DNA of 64,000 nt, from the NCBI RefSeq assembly GCF_964204645.1, contig NC_134032.1, positions 13,380,275 to 13,444,274 on the forward strand, given 5' to 3'. The DNA comes from Tubulanus polymorphus. Its lineage: Eukaryota; Animalia; Nemertea. Below, piece by piece: positions 27,401-34,919 of this stretch (positions within the stretch are counted from its first letter, which is position 1; each line of letters starts with the position of its first letter). The notes beneath the pieces are model-generated. The model ran no database searches. It was given only the letters and a program-made list of their open reading frames with translations, and was not told the DNA's origin. The translations under genes were made by a program, and so were the position numbers.

Positions 27401-30301
27401 ATAGAATTATACACCAGGCCCTACGACAAACATTGTACATAGTGTAGTCTATTTTAGAATTAAAATTCCAATATTCAAACTTACAGTACATGTACATGAA
27501 AATTTGAAAGAGCTTGGGCATTTTGCTCAAAACGAAGTAGTTTCAAGCATACGTTTGAAAGATTTTCCATTTTGAAAGAGTTTTTAAGGAATCAAGGCAT
27601 TGTAGGGACCCTAACAGGGGTCAGTTGCTGAAACGTTGCTAAAAAGTAACCACCGTTCGAATATACCCAGTGTTTTCAATAAGAAATTAACAAGTCAGGT
27701 CCCTTTGAAAAACTGGAGGGTCCCATAATATGTCACAGTCCCTGAAACGAAAGCTGGTTTGAAAAAACAGGCGGGTCCTTTACAAACGACAGACGGACCT
27801 GGGGTCTGGGACCTGGCTCTTATTGAAACCACTGATACCTAGGCACCACGGTACGGGAGGTTATTGAATATTAACATCATTTTGCGTACCGCGGTGTGTG
27901 GTTAATGAAGATACCGCGTCGCTGTCATAAGACAATGACCGGATGTTCAATTGGTTTCTACGGTTACACGCCATAACATCACGTACGACTGGACATCGGT
28001 CAATTAGTGCGATATTTAATTAAAATCAATCCCAGATCAAACTACGGTCGACCGTGTTCAAACTGAAAGGACGTAAATTGATTTCGTCTTTATTAAATGT
28101 AAACAGAATTTCGATGTATCGCGTGATAGTGTTAATACATCGCGTTAAATCCTTTTGTTCGTAAATTCATTTCGAAGTTTGCTCAAAGCTTTTCGCAGTT
28201 TGCCTAAAAGGTTAGCGAACATATAGCCACACCATTAGTCAAATTGCTATCAAAAGCATACATCTGATCGCCATATAGATTGTACAAAGTAAATTATCTC
28301 TGGGCTTCCGAGGAGGGGCTTTTTGATTGATGGGGGACACAAATTAATTAAACCAGCAGGACCCTTCGGACCCTGTTCCACAAATGTTAGTTAACAAAAT
28401 CAGTCCATTTCTGATTTTAAGATAAAAACACATTGGCCTTCATTAAGAGAAACCCACAATATTATCAATTCAATCATCTGCTAGAGGCCTATGATTTTTT
28501 TTTCTTACATTTCCAGTAGAATCTATCCACCCATCTTTGAATAAACTGTGAAGATGGGTGGAAGGATTCCACAAGAAACATAAGAAAAAAAAAACAATAG
28601 GCATAATTGGCCTAGTTGGTTATGTTGACATTGCTGTCGGTTTCTGACCAGCAGAACTATCGAACTGGCTGCATGGTTGTTAAGCCGTAGTAGTTAAATT
28701 TGACTTAAAGGTATACTTTTACAGCAGATCTTTTTTTCTAAGGAACAGAGATTTGACGCACAGTGGTTATCCAAAGAAATGCCTGAAAAAGAAACCCTAG
28801 TTTTTTGCATTTTGATAAGGTCTCGCATATCGAACAATTAACCAATGAGAATAAACAAATATTTGAAATAAAAGCAGTTGTTTTTAAAGGACGACATTCT
28901 CTGTACCCTGTATGTACAGACAAGACCTAAAGGCAATAACTCATAACTACTATTAGGCTAATACATAGTTCTGCTCTATAGCCAAATAGGCTACATGTAA
29001 ATTTCTTTAATTTAGACCTACTAGACTGTGACACAAGAACTGAAATAAAATGACCAAGAAATGCTGGCACTGGTGGTCATTAGCCTACTTGGGAAATTCA
29101 CCACTCCTGACCATTAACACACTCAACTCATTAGCGCCTATGTTCAGTTGCTGGGGACACCTTGAGCGTAGTAACGGATCACCTCCACCAGGAAGGCTCT
29201 GGTACTACACAAACTCCGGGATGTCCCTTTTAGGCTTTTAGACCCATCCCAACTCATCATCCAACATGGATTATTTGAGGATCCTACTCCTATAGTCTAA
29301 ATACGGCCGCTATGTCCTCCGTAGACCTATAGTCAGTAACCTGTCTGTGGTTTAGTCTCACAATCAGATATTTTCACAAACAGCCCCATCTGATTTAGGC
29401 CTAGGCCTATAGGTTAGGTAACGAAGCTTAACTTAACTACCCTAGACCCACCCCTCAGCTCAGGGCCGATCACAAGGCAGGATGGGTTTAAAAGCCATCA
29501 CACTGAATCATTACAGGCACAGCATCCAAAAGGCCCTAGCAATAGCAGCAACTAAATAGGGCCAAATTTAAGCCAATTTCAAACCGACTGTATACATTGA
29601 CTATGAATGAGTTGAGAAGAAATTGATAGGCCTATGTTTTGATATAGGACTACCACCTAGTCATAGAGCTAATAAAAAGACACAATATAGCCTATTATGG
29701 GTAAAAGTGCAGATCCGCACCTCTCTGCGTAAACGGTTCAATCAATTACTTAAATATCATTGTTTAAGATTCAAAATGTCATCAGCAATTCAGTACATTG
29801 TCAATGGCTAATTTTAAGATATCTTCACTAGAGAGAGTAGCCTATAGAGATTTTAGCCTGGATTCTGTCATTCAGAGATTGCGTCAATCACGAGAGGTGC
29901 GGATCTGCACTTTTACCCCTATTATGCTTGATATTTCATTTTTCTTTTAACAAAAAAGAAACAACTTACGCTAATTTTTTAAATCGTTCTAAGCCGGCGG
30001 CCACATACTGTTTATCGGGCTGTAACGTGCCGATATCCTGGGGCACCCTGTGTCCGCCCACGGGCGTGTACAGTTTGCGAACGCATCCGAACGACGGGTT
30101 GAGAGTTTTGGTCAGTTGCGACAGAAAACAGTCGTAAGTCCTCACTTGTTTCGGGTTCAGAACGAACCGGCGCGCCTGAAAGAAACTATCGCCGTTCCTG
30201 TAAATCCAAACGCTTTTCACGCCGTCGCCGTTTTTTTGCGGCTGGTGTTCGGTTGAAATACCCGCCGCCGCGTGAGGACCGCCACCAGCATCTGTGGCCA
30301 T
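3409..30301 (-). CDS. DCDC2: DCDC2-like tandem doublecortin-domain protein with C-terminal IQ motifs (multi-exon gene, ~622 aa; ~867 aa with optional exon)
   Basis: Exons 30301-29970, 27361-27301, 23885-23865, 22883-22830, 16801-16725, 15487-15356, 14794-14645, 13575-13450, 12774-12650, 12041-11923, (11407-10673), 8927-8862, 8406-8086, 7345-7307, 6899-6822, 6077-6009, 5106-5038 and 3438-3409 all have GT-AG ends and compatible phases. DCX1 (KSVWIYRNGDSFF..CVRKLYTP..YVAAGLERFKKL), DCX2 (VYTNGD..LRTGAIHGLYTVDG..YVAVGKEQF) and GVYKAK..TQVELPIDQ match vertebrate DCDC2 motifs as I recall them. Confidence 0.88.
4135..4242. mobile_element. PIF/Harbinger-like palindromic MITE (GRYCCAGTTCCAC TIR, CWG TSD); further copies near 4832, 6392, 12174, 12371, 24183 and a related end at 63873
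   Basis: TIRs with 3-bp CTG or CAG duplications at several copies. Confidence 0.75.
4633..5004. mobile_element. hAT-like MITE (CAGGGTGGCCA TIR) containing a nested CWG MITE at ~4832-4939
   Basis: TIRs; the nested insertion has a CAG duplication. Confidence 0.65.
5038..5106 (-). CDS. IQ-motif exon 3 (AATRIQSNYRGFKSRK)
   Basis: 69 nt, phase 0-0, canonical IQ motif. Confidence 0.8.
6009..6077 (-). CDS. IQ-motif exon 2 (AATKIQAGYRGYNTRK)
   Basis: 69 nt, phase 0-0, canonical IQ motif. Confidence 0.8.
6477..6707. mobile_element. Tourist/Harbinger-like MITE with TAA TSD nested inside a CWG MITE
   Basis: TAA|AGCTGCGATCACA...TGTGATTGCAGCT|TAA. Confidence 0.75.
6822..6899 (-). CDS. IQ-motif exon 1 (AATKIQSVQRGRKARK)
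   Basis: IQxxxRGxxxR consensus; phase 0-0; acceptor position less certain. Confidence 0.7.
7307..7345 (-). CDS. DCDC2: 39-nt exon (GEKPADDESDEAK)
   Basis: TTTTCAG acceptor, AAG|GTACGA donor. Confidence 0.65.
7720..8032. repeat. 44-bp minisatellite
   Basis: ACAGTTGTCAGCATGCAGGTGTTAGGAAGTTATAGATGTAACAT units. Confidence 0.85.
8086..8406 (-). CDS. DCDC2: Pro/Ser-rich exon with RQATPAxRxAS repeats
   Basis: CACGTAG acceptor, GAG|GTATTG donor, 107 open codons. Confidence 0.75.
8862..8927 (-). CDS. DCDC2: DCDC2-like exon (DEEEIQDVPADKELTKKPSEDE)
   Basis: GT-AG, phase 0-0. Confidence 0.75.
8986..9272. mobile_element. piggyBac-like MITE
   Basis: TTAA|CCCTTTCAGTGC...GCACTGAAAGGG|TTAG. Confidence 0.7.
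10673..11407 (-). CDS. Optional 735-nt acidic low-complexity exon with (AADGFDQS)n repeats
   Basis: Long ORF 10646-11395 extends upstream to an AAG|GAC acceptor; AAG|GTATCG donor; phase 0-0. Confidence 0.6.
11923..12041 (-). CDS. DCDC2: DCDC2-like exon (DSGVYKAK..TQVELPIDQVEAEEVK)
   Basis: Resembles the DCDC2 GIFKA..TQVEVPVDQ motif; phase 1-0. Confidence 0.85.
12650..12774 (-). CDS. DCDC2: DCDC2-like exon (KTNRTSKKK..DDVFHAKNE..EVDYDR)
   Basis: Polypyrimidine tract plus AAG acceptor, G|GTATGT donor, phase 2-1. Confidence 0.75.
13450..13575 (-). CDS. DCDC2: DCDC2-like exon (RYDALKYDRVAMLQQKRMRK..)
   Basis: GT-AG, phase 2-2, open. Confidence 0.75.
13684..14000. mobile_element. Inverted Penelope-like element remnant with a minimal hammerhead core
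   Basis: ~70-bp inverted arms; minus strand reads CTGAAGA-GGGGA..TCCC-GAAA at 13792-13764. Confidence 0.55.
14027..14374. mobile_element. Fold-back MITE related to the 62.7-63.2 kb element
   Basis: AGGGCTT..CAGTTGAACTAAAACAT inverted termini; shared internal GACTCCATGATTTGAA. Confidence 0.55.
14645..14794 (-). CDS. DCDC2: DCX domain 2, second exon
   Basis: LYTVDGELV..LKNGECYVAVGKEQFRPLPY; phase 2-2. Confidence 0.88.
15356..15487 (-). CDS. DCDC2: DCX domain 2, first exon
   Basis: VYTNGDTLRHASRILL..VSLRTGAIH; TTTTCAG acceptor, GG|GTACGT donor. Confidence 0.88.
15488..16296. repeat. 22-bp minisatellite (~36 units) made of the adjacent splice-acceptor sequence
   Basis: GAGTATACACTAGAAATACATA units abutting exon 15487. 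Confidence 0.95.
16297..16553. mobile_element. hAT-like MITE (CAGGGGCGGATCCAG-type TIR) inserted in the last minisatellite unit
   Basis: Imperfect TIRs; GAGTAT/CAGTAT flanking duplication. Confidence 0.6.
16725..16801 (-). CDS. DCDC2: DCDC2-like linker exon (ITPVKHSRIQASGRIRKLKNESCTI)
   Basis: Resembles the DCDC2 linker VKPVIHSRINVSAR..CTIF; canonical splice sites. Confidence 0.85.
17020..17240. repeat. ~39-bp minisatellite from the MITE TIR (GGACCCAGTTCCACAGTTGTGT)
   Basis: About 6 units. Confidence 0.8.
17706..17735 (-). CDS. Possible alternative first coding exon (MVHYKYVEPL)
   Basis: ACAATGG start context and CTG|GTAAGA donor in phase 0, compatible with exon 16801. Confidence 0.35.
18811..19445. 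repeat. ~140-145-bp tandem repeat (4-5 copies)
   Basis: GAGACAGGCGTGGCTTCTAATATCAT recurring near 18812, 18959, 19098 and 19245. Confidence 0.85.
20065..20720. repeat. Tandem repeat (~150 bp) built from AACTGACCA subunits
   Basis: CATCATACCACTGGTCAT recurs four times. Confidence 0.8.
21445..21930. repeat. 78-bp minisatellite with a B-box-like motif
   Basis: About 6 units; minus strand reads (G/A)GTTCAAATCC-like. Confidence 0.8.
22830..22883 (-). CDS. DCDC2: 54-nt exon (TDFDASVLTDGQHSITKE)
   Basis: TTTTCAG acceptor, GAG|GTGCGT donor, phase 0-0, open. Confidence 0.55.
22996..23180. mobile_element. Inverted Penelope-like remnant flanked by a 13-bp duplication
   Basis: GAAATTTTTGTTA at 22983 and 23181; palindromic body with degenerate GATGAAG..CGAAAG cores. 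Confidence 0.6.
23865..23885 (-). CDS. DCDC2: 21-nt microexon (INDVPDE)
   Basis: CTTTCAG acceptor, GAG|GTAATA donor, phase 0-0, open. Confidence 0.5.
25050..25440. repeat. ~38-bp minisatellite, reverse complement of the 17.0-17.2 kb array
   Basis: ACACAACTGTGGAACTGGGTCCAGAGTCAAATT units. Confidence 0.85.
27301..27361 (-). CDS. DCDC2: DCDC2-like exon 2 (AYLNIHSPVFPKLPKTHKLQE)
   Basis: TTTTGTAG acceptor, GAG|GTAAGC donor, phase 2 to 0. Confidence 0.8.
27668..27834. mobile_element. TIR MITE with 5-bp TSD (ATACC)
   Basis: CAGTGTTTTCAATAAGA...TCTTATTGAAACCACTG. Confidence 0.65.
28488..28600. mobile_element. Short fold-back element
   Basis: Imperfect palindrome centred near 28540. Confidence 0.5.
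29700..29917. mobile_element. MITE with 26-bp perfect TIR and 9-bp TSD (Mutator- or Merlin-like)
   Basis: CCTATTATG|GGTAAAAGTGCAGATCCGCACCTCTC...GAGAGGTGCGGATCTGCACTTTTACC|CCTATTATG. Confidence 0.85.
29970..30301 (-). CDS. DCDC2: DCDC2-like exon 1 (DCX domain 1)
   Basis: ATG at 30301; YRNGD, VRKLYT and YVAAG DCX motifs; donor GC|GTAAGT, phase 2. Confidence 0.92.
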
Positions 30302-30481
30302 ATCGCTTTCGACAAAAGAGCAGAGTGTATCGCTAAAAATTATCCAACAAGAATCGCTGTCTTCGCTTTATCCATATATTCACACTATCTCATAATACTC
30401 AGTGTCAGTCCAGTAGTGTCACAACTAGTTGTTGAACTTTCATCTCAAACCTACACGCGATGCATTCTGGGTGAGATTTAT

Positions 30482-30521
30482 TGTTTACATAGGTGTCAGC
30501 GCTACCTCGTCGCCTAGCAAC
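30482..30521. promoter_or_regulatory. FOX-type site (TGTTTAC) and RFX X-box (GTCGCCTAGCAAC) upstream of the DCDC2-like gene
   Basis: Motif matches ~180-220 bp upstream of the ATG. Confidence 0.65.
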
Positions 30522-30560
30522 ACGACGCCGAAAACACGTGTAGTTACACATTCACTGTGA

Positions 30561-30579
30561 TGCGCCAGGTGGCAGCACT
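30561..30579 (+). promoter_or_regulatory. CTCF-like motif
   Basis: GCGCCAGGTGGCAGCA resembles CCASYAGRKGGCRS. Confidence 0.4.
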
Positions 30580-33215
30580 GTACGGGGCTGAATTGATTGC
30601 GTGTTATTTTCCATACAGCATAATGTACAATGATTCAATGTCAAAGAGAAATGTCAAATTGATCGAAAAACTCAAGTCAACCCTCGTAACACAATGCGTG
30701 CTTACTTAATTGCAAATGAAATAATTATTTGATAAGCAAAAGAAGTTTTTTTATAATACCAAAAAAATAATTTGTTATGGTCCTGATCGAATGTAAAATG
30801 CAATTTGACTCACACCAGGTTGAAAGCCTGTTTGGTCGACGGATGGCTATAGTGACAACCAAAAAGACTGCTGATTTCATAATACTCTTCGGCAGCTAAA
30901 CACTTGCTTCTAACCGGTCAACTAAGTGTCTGTGTGTCCGGCTTAAGCTGTATTACCATTGATGCATAATCACATCATCATGTTTTCCGCACATCCTCGT
31001 CTCTGGACAATATTGGTGGAAATATTGGGTTGAAAAAAGAGGTGGATTGCAAGATAAAAAAAAATCACTGACTGGTCAACTCAAAAAGTTCAGAGTAGCC
31101 ATTTAACTAAACAAATAAAATAAAGAATTTCAAACAAACATATTTATTATCATACAATAAAAATACAAAATGCCAGGTATGTGCTCGAGGAATTATAACG
31201 TAAGTTCCTCAAACACGTGGACTGTATTTCAAAAACAGTCCAACCATGGACGCATAAACTATAAACTAGAGTTTATACATCCATGGTCCAACCATAGACT
31301 CTAAACGGAAATGTCTATGGGCCACAACCATGGGCTCTAAACTGTAAGAGTCCATGGCTCCCCGCACTAAAACCAGAGGTAAACCTGGCCAATTACCCTG
31401 GAAAGCGTAAGATTTAATGTTGAATCAATCTGATTTACATTTTTACTCTTAAAAGTTGACCCGGCCAGCCGCCTATCTACCTTATAGGTATTGCTTTAAA
31501 ATCATGATCAAGCTAACTATAACAACTGATTACAAATATCATTGTTATTTACAAAATGACAGCTGGCCGATCAGGAAAACAAGGTATCATTTTTAGCCTT
31601 ATAATGAGCTATCCAAAAAATAAGATTACCGTACTAGCCTTTAACATCACAATTGCTACTGCAAGGTATTTCAAGGTTTTTATTCACCAAAAACATTTCG
31701 ACTACAACTGATTCAGAAAATTTGAATCAATAGGATAATGATAATATAACACAAAGAATTGTAAACTCTGATCCATAAAACACCGACAATTGGGACCAGT
31801 CTGAATGTCTAAGACTATTAATTTGACAATTCATGAAGTCACGAGGCATAAGTGACATTTGGCTATTTCATGAAATATGAAGCATTTTATCATATCAACT
31901 CTTCAAATGACAAAAGATACTCTGTTTAAGTATCATCAATCATCAAAGAACTACATAACATATCTCCAACATATAAACATTAAAGCTCCATAAATCCACA
32001 AATTCGCTCTCAAATAATCAATCTCTAATTTCATTTCATTAAACATCATTCTTAAAAGAAAACCGAAATTTCGCAAACTTTGCTTTGTATTTGAGGAATT
32101 GTAAGTTACTCGTTAACACATGAGTGAACTGTATTCGAAAAACAGTTCAACATAAAAGCATTAAAACTAATGAAACCTACAGATTCAATCTTGAAAGCTT
32201 GAGATTAACTAATCAATCTTCATTTTTTCATTTCCATTAACATTATTTTACAAACTAGAGTTTTAAGTAAGATAACTAGAGTTTTGCCAAACTTGCCTGA
32301 GGTTTTCAAACATTTTCGATGTTATTTTCTCAATATTGTTACGTTTAATGCAAAGTATTTTGAAGGTTTTTTAATTAAGATATATTGAGTATCATCGTAT
32401 AGATATTTCATCTATCCATATATCTAGGTAAAATACAAATAACTGATCGCTGAGATATCTACAATTAAACTGAATTCGATAACTTTTTCGAGATCGGAAA
32501 TGCATCGTGCGCAGATTTGAATCGGGCCCCATATATTGTAAAACCGACAATAGCTATCAAAACATAGCTAGGACAATTTACTAATCAACACTGTTTATAT
32601 ATCCTCATTTATAGTAAAAAATGCTCCTCTATATTTGATAGGACCTCAGTTTGATAGTTGCTATAAACCTAACTAAACAGTCGAAAAATTTTAAGATGAA
32701 TAATGAACACATATGAGTCGTTTTATTCTCATGACAAAACCTTGCTAAATGACAGGTATTTACTCGAGGAATTATCATCTAAGTACCTTGTTAACAAATG
32801 GACTGTATTTTAATAACAGTTCGACATAAAAACATTTAAACAAGAGACAAAACCTACAAAATCCCACTTCCGCTGACCCTCGTCTTAAGAACTTAAGATT
32901 TTCAAACATTATCAGTTCACTCATTTAATACTACGTTATTTCAGGGAAAACATGACAATAATTTTACCATCGATAACTAATCACTTTTATAGCTGTTTAA
33001 CATTCTTTCTAAAAAAGAGTAATATGTATCTCCCAGATATTAGCCCTAAAACAATCAACAGTAACAGCAGTGACAGGGTGTGCTATAGGTAAAAGGGCGG
33101 GTGATCTTTCATCAGTTATTTGAAGCATTCTATCGAATCAGTTATTTTTTTAGTGTGTTTGATTTAGTTAAGGTTTATGGTTATTTGTTTTGTTTATTAC
33201 TAACTGTCCGATAGA

Positions 33216-33365
33216 ATGCTTAAAACAACAACAGAAATGATCTCAAGAGGTTGGGAAACTCTAGAGAAGGTTGTTCCATGTGAAGAAGAACCTTTAATGA
33301 TTAGATTAAGTTATTTAAAAAAAATTCCTGATGATGAAGGCCCTATAATTATAGAAGTTAACTAA
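33216..33365 (+). CDS. Hypothetical 49-aa ORF (MLKTTTEMISRGWETLEKVVPCEEEPLMIRLSYLKKIPDDEGPIIIEVN); second copy at 47716-47865
   Basis: Open in both copies; TATA-like 33084 and TCAGTT initiator 33112 upstream. Confidence 0.35.
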   Translation: MLKTTTEMISRGWETLEKVVPCEEEPLMIRLSYLKKIPDDEGPIIIEVN

Positions 33366-34919
33366 TTGTTTATTCGTTTTTGTCTATTTTTTTATTAGTT
33401 ATGATTTGTTTTTTTTTAATATTTATTTTGTTATGTATTTTTTATTCATTGTTTTTTTTATTTATTTACTTTTTAATTATGTTCTATGTATTTTGTACTA
33501 TTTTTTACTATTTACATCATCAGGAATTTCTTACCGGTGGAAATATGGGCTCACTTAAAGAAAAGTGCTACAAATTCACTGCTGCACCTAAATAATCGTT
33601 TATCATTAAACACCCCGATTTGGAGTTAAGCGATCATTGAAAGCCACTCAACCTTATGATATGGATGACGATGAAAGAAGTTAAAACAGCTATAAACAGA
33701 CTTAAAACGATCAAAATTACTGCTGGCCATTATTATTTATTCCTTTATATCACATTATTCCTAGCTATACCTCTCTTATACCTCTGTAGATACAATGTAC
33801 TAAGATACAAGTTTTCATATACCTAGCTATGATCATCCACATGGGAGCTCAATGTGAAAATCGAGATATTCCACTCATTAGTCAAATCGCTTTCATGGGC
33901 CTTCGAAAAATTTATGGTATCAAAAAATACATCAACACTTTGGTATATAAACTTATCATTTGTACACAGAACACTGCCAAACATTATAGTCTATGTGATG
34001 ATATGATGACTACGTGATGATATTCAAGGGCGTAGCCAGTCTATACTGAAGGCCCACTTTTTGGCCAAGGAATCATTTTCAAAACATCTTTATTCAAAGC
34101 CCATAAACTTGCTGGGCGAGTTTAGGAGTCCAAACTAATCAGGTATCAACTTCCTTTATTATGTTTAAAAGTTGCAACCGTTTAACTGACTACCCCTCTC
34201 CCTTTTGAACATTTAGGCTATGCAAATCATTTTCACTCTCAGGAAATATAAAATGAATCACGGTTTCTAAGAGACCAAACAATGTCATTATTACAAATCA
34301 TGCAAAGCTATGTTTAACTAAGTATGAAGATTATCTGAACTATCCTGTTGATATCATATCTCAATTTAGGTGCATTTCAATGGACCTACGTCGAACCGTG
34401 ACGCTGAATGTGATCAATACCATCAATTAATGGAGTGTAGATTTCAGACTCCGAGAAGGAACTTTCTGTCACATTACAAAGGACATGACACATCTGTTTA
34501 CAAATCGAAAACAGTTTGCCTAATCAATATGAAAGAATTAGGATGCCATTTTATTAAAATATTCAAATATGAATAGTTCCTTCTCAGGCCCAGAGCCCTA
34601 ATTTACTAACTTCAATTTTCACTAATCAACATTAAAACTATTTCTTTATTTCCGGCTCTTCAAATAGACAGTGAATTTTAAGACGCATTTTGAAACCTAT
34701 GTTACACATCAGACTGGTTTGTAAAAAGGTAATACACAAAATAAATCAATACTTTACATATTCTACTGACGTTGCTGCTCCTGAATAAGTGTTTATAAGA
34801 TACGCATTGTCTGTGCTGCTCCTGAATAACTGTTCACAATATATATACATTGTCTCTGCTGCTCCTGATTAATTGTTTATATATAACACACGCATTGTCT
34901 CTGCTCCACCTGTAGAAGA

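Noticed and set aside
32093-32156. H/ACA snoRNA reading of the double hairpin (ACATGA hinge, ACA tail)
   Set aside because: The hairpins are ~25 nt, far too short, and the H box is not conserved in the other instances.
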